Assembly (NCBI GenBank): GCA_963749445.1
Contig: CAVVMJ010000004.1
Span: 16,483 to 80,482 of the forward strand
DNA: 64,000 bases
Direction of reading: 5' to 3'
Source: an uncultured bacterium
GTDB lineage: Bacteria; Patescibacteriota; Doudnabacteria; UBA920
The notes under the pieces were generated by a model that saw only the letters and a list, made by a program, of their open reading frames with translations, was not told where the DNA came from and ran no database searches. The translations under genes were made by a program, and so were the position numbers. Below, one piece after another: positions 39,157 to 48,884 of this stretch (its first letter is position 1; each line of letters opens with the position of its first letter).

Positions 39157-39460
39157 CCGCTGATTGGTCGCTGGCCCATTCGGCTATGCTCAGGGTCACC
39201 CCGAGCGAAGTCGAGGGGTGATAGGTACGCTGATATGACGCTGAATCCGATAGTTAAAGTTGAACGAAATGTCAAAGATTGTCAAAGATTTTTTGTATGA
39301 GAAGGAATCCTTTGAGATCCGCGGAGTTCTCCTCCTGGAACAGGAGGAGTACCCCGACTTGTCGGGGGGAGGTGGTAGATTTTCCGCAGTTTCATACCGC
39401 CCCGTCCGCTTCGCGGCCACCCCGCCTATCTTAGGCGGGGAGCTCCGCGGTTCAGCGACC
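39157..39460. repeat. Intergenic composite repeat (family-2 element followed by family-1 modules)
   Basis: GATTGGTCGCTGGCCCATTCGGCTATGCTCAGGGTCACCCCGAGCGAAGTCGAGGGGTGATAGG ... TCTCCTCCTGGAACAGGAGGAGTACCCCGACTTGTCGGGGGGAGGTGGTA. The ORF 39260..39505 is only the translation of this repeat. Confidence 0.75.
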
Positions 39461-39667
39461 TATCAGCGTACCAATCCGCCTTCGCATAAAGCTTCGGTGG
39501 ACTAAGTCAGCGTTAATTCAGCGGAGCGTTTCCACTATAATTTGCCTATAAATACCTTAAATTCATACAGTTTGTGTTATAATGAACCTATATGCAACCC
39601 AGTAATACAACCTCCCATAGCGCCACTTTTCTTTGTTTGTCTATAAATTTAAAGGTTTAGTGGAAGT

Positions 39668-40267
39668 TTGCATTTTAATAGCGGTTTCAAAAAAATAAAA
39701 GTGGCGCCGACCAAACGCCTTAAAAGGCCCATAATTTGCGATTATGATGACAAAAATAACATTAACTTACAAAAATTCCTCATGCCTGCAAAAGGCGTTT
39801 GGAATGGGAGGTTGATATACTGGGTGCAATTTCCCGTACCTCAATTTACCGAAGTGGAAGATAAAATTATCGGATCGCTTACCGTTAAGCAGTTCGGGGT
39901 GATTTTTGGCGGCGGCGTGCTGATTTTTTTGGCTTTTACCTTGACCAAAAGCGTTGTTGTGCTGATTTTCGCTGCCGTCATATTCGGCCTGCCGACTTTA
40001 GGTTTGGCTTTTGCCAGGCTTAACGGGCGGCCGATGTACAACATGATCGGGAATTTCGTGGGTTTTTTGACCAGCGCCAAGGTCTTAGTGTTCCATAAGG
40101 AAGGCTCTTTGGTTTCCGATCGGGAGAGAAAAGACAAAACCCCGCCGGTTGCCGCCGCCCCAAACCCGGATGGAACAAAAGCCGTAAGCCCGAAACAAAG
40201 GCTAAGGGAGGTTAATAAGATGCTGGAACAAAACGCGCAGAAGGAAGAGGAGTTGTTCAAGAAATGA
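39668..40267 (+). CDS. PrgI/VirB3-like small two-TM protein immediately upstream of VirB4
   Basis: KIIGSLTVKQFGVIFGGGVLIFLAF matches the PrgI-family 'F.GPLTLRQF.YL..G' segment preceding two TM helices. Gene order PrgI-like then VirB4 is as in monoderm T4SS. Confidence 0.45.
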   Translation: MHFNSGFKKIKVAPTKRLKRPIICDYDDKNNINLQKFLMPAKGVWNGRLIYWVQFPVPQFTEVEDKIIGSLTVKQFGVIFGGGVLIFLAFTLTKSVVVLIFAAVIFGLPTLGLAFARLNGRPMYNMIGNFVGFLTSAKVLVFHKEGSLVSDRERKDKTPPVAAAPNPDGTKAVSPKQRLREVNKMLEQNAQKEEELFKK

Positions 40268-40350
40268 GCATTTAGCATTTAGCATTTAGCGATTAGCCAG
40301 ACATGTTTGGCTAAATGCTAACTGCTAACTGCTAAATGCTAACTGCCAGA
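40268..40350. repeat. Family-3 intergenic element (TTAGCATTTAGC-type)
   Basis: GCATTTAGCATTTAGCATTTAGCGATTAGCCAGACATGTTTGGCTAAATGCTAACTGCTAACTGCTAAATGCTAACTGCC. Confidence 0.7.
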
Positions 40351-43300
40351 ACTATGAAACTGGAAATGCAAAATAAAAATAAAGCCGCAGTCAAATCCAC
40401 GCAAAGTTTTTTGAGAATCAGCGAAATCAAGAACGACGTGGTGGTTTTGGACGACGGCACGCTGCGCGCGATTTTGTCCGTGTCCAGCACCAATTTTGAT
40501 TTAAAAAGCCAGGAAGAACAGAACGCGATTATTTATAATTTCCAACGGTTCGTGAATTCCCTGGAATTTTCCATCCAGATTCTGATGCAAAGCCGCAAAA
40601 TGGAAATCGGCAGCTATTTGGAAAAGCTTAAAAATATCGCGGAAAAGCAAACCAATGAGCTTTTGCGGGTGCAGACGTTGGAATACATAGAGTTCATTAA
40701 CCGGCTGATTGAAAACGCCAGCATTATGAATAAGAATTTTTACGTGATTGTGCCGCTGGATGAAAGCATTTTCCCACCGGCCGGCGGATTCTTTAGCAAA
40801 ATATTCGGCGGCGGCAAGGCCAAGGCGGTAAAACAGCGCATTGAAAATTTTGAGAAGCTTAAGGAAAAATTGGAAAACCGAGTGACGGCGGCTTCGGCCA
40901 ACCTGTCCAGCATCGGCCTGCAGTCCGTGCAGCTGAAAACCGAAGGCCTAATCCAGCTGTATTACAATTCTTACAATTTTGAATCCGCACCCGTGGTGGA
41001 TACCGGCAAGCTGAAGGATATGAATGTTGTTCAATAAGGTGATACCAATATACTAATGCATACGAATGATACTAATAATACGAATCCTGTATCTGATGGC
41101 TTAATTTATAAGGAATTATCGTATTTGATTAACGGAGTTTTGTATTCCACCCACAATGAATTGGGGCCATATGCAAGGGAAAAACAGTATGTTGATGTGG
41201 CGGAGAGAATATTTAAGGAAAAAAGTATTAAATGCATTAAAGGACAACGAATCGGTGATTCAGGCAATATTTTGGATTTGCTGGTGGACGATAAAGTTCT
41301 CTTAGAATTTAAGGCCAAACGGATTTTGACGAAAGAAGATTACTATCAAACCCAAAGATACTTGCAGGAGACAGGTTTAAAATTAGCGATTCTAGTTAAT
41401 TGTAGGGACAAGTATATTAAGCCCAAGCGCATAGTTAGGATTGATAATTGGAAAAATCCGCATTAGTATTATTCGTATTATTCGTATTGATTAGTATATT
41501 AGTATCTTATGAGTTTATTTAAAATCAAAACCGAAAAAGAGCTGGAAGAAAAAAAGTCCATGCTCCAGGAAGCCGAAGCCGAGCACGATTTAAGCAAAAA
41601 ATTGGGCGACGTGGAAAAAATCTACCGCGAAGGCCTGACTACGCTCAAAGGACCTAATCGCTCCGGCCAGCCTGAAATTCCAGAATTCTTATTTTGAACT
41701 CAACGGCAAATTCGCCCGCAGTTTTTTTGTGCTGGCTTATCCGCGGTTTTTATCCAGCAACTGGCTGTCATTCATCATCCAGGCCGAAGGCGCCCTGGAT
41801 TTGTCCATGTTCATTTATCCGATTGATTCGGAGACCATTTTAAAAAAACTTAAATCCAAAGTCGGGGAACTTGGCAGCCAGATGTCCATTAACCAGGAAA
41901 AGGGCATGTGCGCGACCCGATGCTGGAAACGGCCTACAAAGACGTGGAGGGCTTGCGCGACCAGCTGATGCAGGGCACGGAACGGTATTTCCGCTTTGCC
42001 CTTTATTTTACCATTTACGCCGAAGACTTAAAGGAACTGGACAAAGATTCCAGCTACGCTTGGAGAGCGCGTTTGGGGCCAAGTTGATTGTGACCAAGCG
42101 CGCGATAATGCAAACCCAGGACGGCTTTAATTCCACGCTGCCTTTGGGCAAAGACCAGCTGGCTGTGGCAACAACATGAACACCAGCCCGCTGTCCACCT
42201 GTTTTCCGTTTGTGTCCTCGGATTTAACCAGCAATGACGGGATTTTGTACGGCATCAACCGGCATAACAACAGCCTGATTCTGTTTGACAGGTTCGCTTT
42301 GGAAAACGCCAATTCCGTGGTTTTCGCCAAATCCGGCGCGGGCAAATCTTACGCGGTCAAATTGGAAGTTTTGCGCTCATTTGATGATCGGCACGGAAGT
42401 GATTATCGTGGACCCGGAAAACGAATACAAACATTTGGCCGACGCCGTGGGCGGGACTTATTTGAGCGTGAGCTTGAATTCCGACTCGCGCGATCAATCC
42501 GTTTGATTTGCCGCGGCCATTGAAGGCGAGGATAATGCCGACGTACTGCGCTCGGCCGTGGTCAATTTGTTGGGCCTGTTTATCTTTGATGCTCGGCAAA
42601 CTTAACCCGACGGAAGAAGCCTTAATGGACAAGGCCATTTGGCAGACTTACGCCAAAAAGGATATTACGGCCCAGTCGGATTTTACGACCGTGGAGTATC
42701 CGACCATGAACGATTTGGTGGAAATTTTGCACGGCATGGTGGGCGCGGAAAGTCTGGCACAGCGGCTCGAGCAAATTCACGGAAGGCACTTTTGCCGGAC
42801 TGTTTAACCAGCCCACCAACGTGGTGCTCAACAACCAGCTGGTGGTGTTTTCCATCCGCGATTTGGAAGATGAACTGCGGCCCATAGCCATGTACATGAT
42901 TTTAAATTACATTTGGAACGATTGTGCGCAGTGAGCTGAAAAAGCGCATTTTGGTGGTGGACGAAGCCTGGATTATGATGCAGCACGAGGACAGCGCGCG
43001 CTTTTTGTTCGGCATTGCCAAGCGGGCGCGCAAATATTATCTCGGCCTGACCACGATAACCCAGGACGTGGCGGATTTTATGGCGTCGCCATACGGCAAG
43101 CCGATTGTCACCAATTCTTCCATCCAATTGTTGTTAAAACAATCGCCGGCGGCCATTAACATTATCGCGGAAACTTTCTTTTTGACCGAAGGCGAAAAAT
43201 ATCTGCTTTTGGAAAGCGAAGTCGGGGAAGGCATTTTCTTTGCGGGGTTAAAACACGCGGCCATAAAAATTTACGCTTCCTACGTGGAAGACCAGATTAT

Positions 43301-43358
43301 TACCACGGACCCGAAGCAATTATTGGAGATACAAGAGAGCCAGGAAAAGCTTAGCTAA
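40336..43358 (+). CDS. VirB4/TrbE/PrgJ-family type-IV-secretion ATPase, interrupted by a 463-bp mobile cassette (41042-41504) and several +/-1 indels
   Basis: N-domain (40336..41037) with VVVLDDGTLRAILSVSSTNFDLKSQEEQ...LEFSIQILMQSR. After the cassette: FARSFFVLAYPRF, Walker A VVFAKSGAGKSYAVK, TEVIIVDPENEY, Walker B RILVVDEAWIMM, TITQDVADF. Confidence 0.7.
41042..41504. mobile_element. Small mobile cassette: ~45-bp terminal inverted repeats made of ATACTAAT/ATACGAAT units flanking a GxxExxY-family nuclease gene, inserted in virB4
   Basis: Left GATACCAATATACTAATGCATACGAATGATACTAATAATACGAAT. Reverse complement of right GATACTAATATACTAATCAATACGAATAATACGAATAATACTAAT (~40/45 identical). The ORF start codon lies inside the left TIR. 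Confidence 0.6.
41056..41466 (+). CDS. GxxExxY-family protein (PD-(D/E)XK nuclease superfamily)
   Basis: YKELSYLINGVLYSTHNELGPYAREKQYVD...LDLLVDDKVLLEFKAKRILTKEDYYQTQRYLQETGLKLAILVNC matches the GxxExxY / PDDEXK_3 pattern (G..E..Y...A.......G; DLLVE..V.ELKAV......H.AQLL.YL..TGL.LGLL.NF). Confidence 0.6.
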   Translation: MHTNDTNNTNPVSDGLIYKELSYLINGVLYSTHNELGPYAREKQYVDVAERIFKEKSIKCIKGQRIGDSGNILDLLVDDKVLLEFKAKRILTKEDYYQTQRYLQETGLKLAILVNCRDKYIKPKRIVRIDNWKNPH

Positions 43359-43359
43359 T

Positions 43360-43440
43360 AACGATTAACGATTGACGATTAACAATTAACTTCTGATTTT
43401 TGGGGTTAATCGTTAATTGTGAATTGTTAATTGTTTTTTA
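43360..43440 (+). terminator. Family-4 inverted repeat (TAATCGTTAATTG units) followed by a T-run; terminator-like, after virB4
   Basis: AACGATTAACGATTGACGATTAACAATTAAC ... GTTAATCGTTAATTGTGAATTGTTAATTGTTTTTTATTTTT. A half copy lies at 52917-52950 next to tRNA-Arg. Confidence 0.55.
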
Positions 43441-43445
43441 TTTTT

Positions 43446-46038
43446 ATGGCCGACACAGTCACAATTGACGCGGCGGGAACCGCCACCCAGCCGGCGGATT
43501 CCGGCGGAGGCAAGGATCCAAAATTTTGGTCAATCCCCGGCAGTCCCGGGGATTTGCCTGAGGTTACCGTTGGCCGAGTCTATCTTAACCACAATCGTTA
43601 TGTGCCGCCGAGGAGGCAGTTTTTTGGGATAAAAGCCGGGGACACACTTACCTTGACCGGCGATGGCCTGGATGCTTATAACCAGGCGGTGTTTCTTGAT
43701 GACAAGGCAAATGGGCGGAAAAATCAGGAGCCAGTGATAAATCAGTCTTATGGCAATAGGGTGATTGCAACTTTTACAGTGCCGGATTTGGGGGATTTTA
43801 CCGGTTTGCTTCGCTTGCGGCTCACCAGCGAGAATAAGTCGTTTACCAACCGGACGATTGATGAGCCAAAGCTGATGTATTTTGCGGAAACCGAGGAAGA
43901 AAAGAAAAACGGGTTCAATCTAAAGAAGAGGAGGCTCAAAAACAGGCGCGCCAAGCGCAGCAGACGGATATTAAAGGCCAAGAAGCTGAAAAGCCGGCGG
44001 CAGCTAAATCTCCCGCCGCCGCCTCGGCAGCTGATCAGGCAAAAAAACCGGAAGATGAAGGCGCGGATGACGGCGCTGAAGCGGGGGAAACAGAAGAAGC
44101 AGGAACAGAAATACAAGAACAACAGCGGACTATTCTGCCGGAAACTGACAAACAATCCGCGGAACTGGTCGGGGAGTATTTTGACAAGCACCCGGAGGTG
44201 ATAACGGATGCCAAAGTCAGAAGTGAGATTTTAGGAGCGCTTGGCAGCGGCGATTTGACTAAGTTGAGCGAAGAAAGTCGCGCGCAACTGAAACCCGATG
44301 GATCTTTATATCGGCATATCAGCGGCATGGCGCTGATGGGAAATCAGCAGCTGCAATCAATGGGAGTTACTGCCCAACAATCCGTGCAGTTGAGAAGGGC
44401 CATGGAAATCGTCAAAAATCAGACGGTTTCAATGGAAGGGCATGCTGAAGTAGAGGCTACGGTACAAGGCCCGAAGCCGGCGCAAACCGAAGTTAAGCAA
44501 GAAACGGAAGTCCAAGCCAAAACTACGGTCAGCGGCCAGGTTCAGGGCGGAGTCGCGGGGGAGGTAGGTGGGGAAGTTAAGGTTCAAGGCGAAACCTCGC
44601 AACAAATAAAATCTGAAACGTCCGCGCAAGCCGGGACAGAGGCGCAAATTAGCGGACAACCTCAAGTCGGAGCTTCGACATCCGCCACAGCCGAAGGGCA
44701 GGTTTCCGCCCAGGCCGGTCTGACGGCCAAAATTCAGTTGGCGGCAAAGCAGAATATGGGAGAGGTCGGGGAGTATTTGGATAAAAATCGGGACAAAATT
44801 GCCAGTAGCGATTCTGGCACCAGAGACAGAATTTTAGCGGCTTTGGCTAATGGCAGTTCTGATAATTTTAGCGATGCCGATAAAGCTGTTTTAAAGAAGA
44901 CTTTGGAGTTGCTGGGTAAGGATAATTCAGCGCCGGCGCCGGTTAGAGTAGCGGCTGATTCTTTTTTCCAACCCCAATCTGCGCCAGCGGTACCATCACC
45001 CGAATCGCAACCAGCCGCGCAGCAGCCGGCTGAACCATCCGGAAAAAGGAGCCGGAGCCGCAGGCGCCCAAGGAGCCTTTATCGTCTCAAGCAAAACAGC
45101 CTGTCGCTCCCGCGCCTGCTGCGGAACAAGCGTTATCCCAAACAAGTACCCTGGGGCTTGGTACTGTAGATGGAATAAAACCGTCACCTCCGGCTGAAAT
45201 TCCCGAAGCGGCGCGGGAAATTATTGAAAGACTCAAGAAGAAAGGCGAGGAGTTGTCTGGCGCTGCTGGATTATCTAGTGGAGGTGTTGAAGCGGAAGCG
45301 GTTTTATCGGAAGTTCCTTTAAAAACGCAGCTGCCTGGTAAATCCGGAGAACCTGGACAACAGGGGCAGCCGCCTTTGGCCCCTGGAGCCGGCGGAGAAG
45401 GACAAGCGGGCCCGCCTGCTGAAGGAGCGGAAAAAGCGCCGGAACAACCTGCACCGCCAGCGGCTGCCCCCGCGCAGCCACCTTCTCCGGGAGGCGAGGG
45501 TCTTGGCCAACAGCCGACCGCCGTCCCTGCTGCGCCGCCGGAAGCCGAACCTCCTCCGGAAGCGGCAGACGAAGCCGTACCGGAAGCCGAGGCGGCGGTG
45601 GCTGGAGCGGAAGCCGGGACTGCCGCAGGAGCCGCAGCCGCAGCGCCACCCTTGGCAGCAGCTTTGGCAATGGAAGGGATGCTCCCGCCCAGAAAAAAGT
45701 GGTGGCTGGCTTTGTTTGGCGCGTTTGCCGGGCTGATAACATTTTTTGGTTTTTTTGCCGGCTGGGGAGTAATGGTCAGGTATTGGTGGCAGGGCAGGAA
45801 GCTTGCGCCGGAAAAGGCATTATCAAGTTTCCAAAAAATTGCCACGGTAATTTTATTTTTTGTGCCGTTTGTGCTGTTGTTTGGGTTTGTTATTGGGATA
45901 ATTTACATTGGTTGTAATACCCCGATTGTCGGCACCGCGACTAATTTTACCTTAAAATCTTTGGGTTACGGCGATGTATGTAAATCTTTAAATAGCCTGA
46001 CAAGCCCGGGCGTAAATTCCGGCAGCGTCGGGCCGTGA
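43446..46038 (+). CDS. Large low-complexity acidic protein with an N-terminal Ig-like domain and a C-terminal 3-TM anchor, read in three frames (indels near 43905 and 45040)
   Basis: N-terminus MADTVTIDAAG...VTVGRVYLNH...TLTLTGDGLD (beta-sandwich-like). E/Q/A/P-rich middle. C-terminal TM region KKWWLALFGAFAGLITFFGFFAGWGV...FVPFVLLFGFVIGIIYI. Confidence 0.4.
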
Positions 46039-46254
46039 CATTTGCGTGTTTAATTTTTTTGATGGCTTGATGGGAATCTTCTTGCTGATAGTATGGTTTG
46101 CTGTGATTATCGCGCCACCGATAAATATCGGCTGGCGGTAATTCCGCCCCGAAGATTCCCACAAATCCGGAAATCGCAATTTCTTTTGCGTCTTGACAAA
46201 ATTATGATATAATATAAACGAATAAAATTATTATTTATTTTTTGAAACAAAAAT

Positions 46255-47406
46255 ATGAATAAAAAAGCCATTGCCATTTTGGGTGCGATTTTTCTCTTGA
46301 TTGTGGGGACTTTGGGTTTTTTGATTTATGCCAAATACGGCGGTAAAAAAACTACTCCGGCGCCAGTCGCGGTTATTCCGGCTTCAACGTCAACTCCGGC
46401 AACCGCGTCCAGTACCCCGCCGGTTGCCACTCCTCCGCCGAACCAGCAGTTTACTAAGCTTTTGTCCAGCCAGGTGGTTTCCCCGATCCTGTTTTATAAC
46501 GGCCAGGGCGTGTCTTATTTTGATCCCAGCGGGCAGCTTTACCAGGCGGCCTTGCAGTCCGGCGGCGGTGTGTCCGCTCCCCAGTTTGCCAATCCCCAGG
46601 CTTTAAACGTTCAGACAAAATCCGACATCAGCGAAATCCTGTGGCCGCCGGCTGGCGATAATTTTATAGCGGAGTCCGATAGCGGCAGCCAAAGAGTCTG
46701 GAGTTTTTACAACAGCCAAACCCGCAGCTATACCGATTTGCCGCCGCAAGTGGAAGCTTTTGACTGGCTGCCCTCTGGCCAGCAGATTTATTACATTTGG
46801 CTGGACAGCGGTAAGGCCGCGCTCAATATTGGCGACGGCGACACCAACAATTGGAAGTACATTGCCGATATGTGGGAGCAGGATGACGCTTTGAGCGTCT
46901 CTCCGGACGGACGGAATATTTTGTATTACGAACGCAATACCGCCACTTCCACCAACCCGATTAACCTGGTCACCCCCGACGGAAAAATCTGGAAAACATT
47001 GATTTCCACGGGCATAAATTACGGTGTGTTGTGGAGCCCGGACAGCCAAAAGTTTTTGTTCGGCAAAAAAGATTCCACCGGCAGTTTTTACCAGTTGTGG
47101 TATTACAATTTGTTGACCGGGCAGGTCAGCCCGTTGTATCTTAATACCACGGTCAACAAAGTAGTGTGGGGCAAAGACAGCCAAACGATTTACGCGGCCG
47201 TCCCGCTCAGCGGGATTGCCGGCAGCGGAAATTTGACCACGGACAGTTTTTATAAATATAACACCCAAACCGGCGACAAGCAGCAGTACGATCCGGGCAG
47301 CACTGCAATTGACGGGGAAAACCTGTTTTTAAACAGCGACGGATCCGGCCTGTTTTTCAAGAACGCGCAGGATGGGGGGTTGTACGATCTGAATTTGAAC
47401 CAATAA
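46255..47406 (+). CDS. Secreted or membrane-anchored TolB-like beta-propeller (PD40 repeat) protein
   Basis: N-terminal TM AIAILGAIFLLIVGTLGFLIY, a Pro/Thr linker, then PD40-like repeats (SPDGRNILYYERN; LWSPDSQKFLFGKKD; VVWGKDSQTIYAAV). Confidence 0.5.
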   Translation: MNKKAIAILGAIFLLIVGTLGFLIYAKYGGKKTTPAPVAVIPASTSTPATASSTPPVATPPPNQQFTKLLSSQVVSPILFYNGQGVSYFDPSGQLYQAALQSGGGVSAPQFANPQALNVQTKSDISEILWPPAGDNFIAESDSGSQRVWSFYNSQTRSYTDLPPQVEAFDWLPSGQQIYYIWLDSGKAALNIGDGDTNNWKYIADMWEQDDALSVSPDGRNILYYERNTATSTNPINLVTPDGKIWKTLISTGINYGVLWSPDSQKFLFGKKDSTGSFYQLWYYNLLTGQVSPLYLNTTVNKVVWGKDSQTIYAAVPLSGIAGSGNLTTDSFYKYNTQTGDKQQYDPGSTAIDGENLFLNSDGSGLFFKNAQDGGLYDLNLNQ

Positions 47407-47480
47407 AAGCGTTTAGCAGATAGCATTTAGCGTTTAGCCAGACAGTTTTGCGTGGCTAAGTGCTAATTGCTATATGCTAA
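47407..47480. repeat. Family-3 intergenic element
   Basis: AGCGTTTAGCAGATAGCATTTAGCGTTTAGCCAGACAGTTTTGCGTGGCTAAGTGCTAATTGCTATATGCTAACAGC. Confidence 0.7.
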
Positions 47481-47490
47481 CAGCTTTTTT

Positions 47491-48813
47491 ATGGCCAAAT
47501 CATCCGTTGTTTTCATCTGTTCCAACTGCCAATATAAAGCTCCGCGCTGGCAGGGCAAGTGTCCGAGTTGCGGGCAGTGGAATACTTTAGAAGAGAGGCA
47601 AGAGATTAGAGATAAGAGACAAGTGGGAAGAGCGTCCGAGCCTTTGGATTTAGGCTCGGTTGATTTAAGTTTGCAAAAACGCATTGTAACCGGCATTTCG
47701 GAATTTGACAGCGTGGTCGGGGAAGGAATGGTGCCCGGCAGTTTGGTGCTCCTCGGCGGAGATCCGGGCATTGGCAAGTCCACGTTGGCTCTGCAGTTGT
47801 CTATGCGGTTGCCGGATGGCGTACTTTATGTCTCCGGCGAGGAGTCCGCGCATCAAATCAAACTGCGGGCTTCGCGCATAAGCAAAACCCAAAGCCTACA
47901 GGTGTTGGCGGAAACCGATTTAGGTGTCGTTTTGGCCACGGTGGAGGCAAACCATCCTTCCTTGGTCATTATCGATTCCATCCAAACTATGTACAGCGAG
48001 GAAACCAGCGGCGTGGCCGGCGGCGTTGCCCAGGTGACCAACGCGGTGCAGCAGGTGATGCGTCTGGCCAAACAGAACCACATTACTTTTATTATAATCG
48101 GCCATGTTACCAAAGAAGGTTACTTGGCAGGGCCGAAAACTTTGGAGCATATGGTGGACACGGTGCTGTATTTGGAAGGGGAACGGTTCGCGAGTTTCCG
48201 GATTTTGCGGTGCGTCAAAAACCGGTTTGGCACGACCAACGAAGTCGGCGTATTTGAGATGGTCAGGGAAGGATTGGTTGAGGTTAAAAACCCGTCGCAG
48301 TTATTTTTGGGGGAGGAGCAATTGCAGGCCAGCGGCAACGTGATAACTTCGGTGATGGAAGGCAGCCGCGCCCTGCTTTTGGAAATCCAGGCGCTCACAT
48401 CCACCACCAACTTTGGTTACCCCAAGCGTACCACGGCCGGGTTTGATAACAATCGCCTGCAATTATTGACCGCGATTTTGTCCAAGCGCGCGGGACTGAA
48501 TTTGTCCAACCAGGACATTTACATTAACGTGGTCGGCGGCATTAAAATAGACGAGCCGGCCGCGGATTTGGCCGTGGCCTTGGCCATTGTTTCGTCGCTG
48601 AAAGATTCGGTAATGGCCGGCACGGTCGTAATAGGCGAGCTGGGGCTTTCCGGCGAAGTCCGCTTTGTGCCGAACCTGGAAAAGCGCGTCAAAGAAGCCC
48701 AAAAACTGGGTTTTAAGCGCGTAATTTGCCCTCGGGGACGGGAAAAACTGGGCGGCGGTCAAATAGAGGTACTACCGGTAAAAACTTTAACCGAAGCCAT
48801 AAAATTGATATAA
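47491..48813 (+). CDS. radA: DNA repair protein RadA/Sms
   Basis: N-terminal C4 zinc finger CSNCQYKAPRWQGKCPSCGQWN. Walker A GGDPGIGKSTLALQ, the KNRFG motif and a C-terminal Lon-protease-like domain. Confidence 0.9.
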   Translation: MAKSSVVFICSNCQYKAPRWQGKCPSCGQWNTLEERQEIRDKRQVGRASEPLDLGSVDLSLQKRIVTGISEFDSVVGEGMVPGSLVLLGGDPGIGKSTLALQLSMRLPDGVLYVSGEESAHQIKLRASRISKTQSLQVLAETDLGVVLATVEANHPSLVIIDSIQTMYSEETSGVAGGVAQVTNAVQQVMRLAKQNHITFIIIGHVTKEGYLAGPKTLEHMVDTVLYLEGERFASFRILRCVKNRFGTTNEVGVFEMVREGLVEVKNPSQLFLGEEQLQASGNVITSVMEGSRALLLEIQALTSTTNFGYPKRTTAGFDNNRLQLLTAILSKRAGLNLSNQDIYINVVGGIKIDEPAADLAVALAIVSSLKDSVMAGTVVIGELGLSGEVRFVPNLEKRVKEAQKLGFKRVICPRGREKLGGGQIEVLPVKTLTEAIKLI

Positions 48814-48884
48814 ATAGTGTCAAGGGTCACCCTTGACACTATTTGAGGAAATGGTTTAGATTGCCTTGAAATAAGGGTTTTTTG

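Noticed and set aside
39260-39505. An 81-aa ORF (MNEMSKIVKDFLYEKESFEIRGVLLLEQEEYPDLSGGGG...)
   Set aside because: Its sequence is simply the translation of the family-2/family-1 composite repeat, and it has no coding signal of its own.
45087-45845. A 252-aa minus-strand ORF rich in Ala/Gly/Ser/Pro
   Set aside because: It is antisense to the GC-rich low-complexity plus-strand gene, whose TM-anchored C-terminus and N-terminal domain make the plus strand the real gene.
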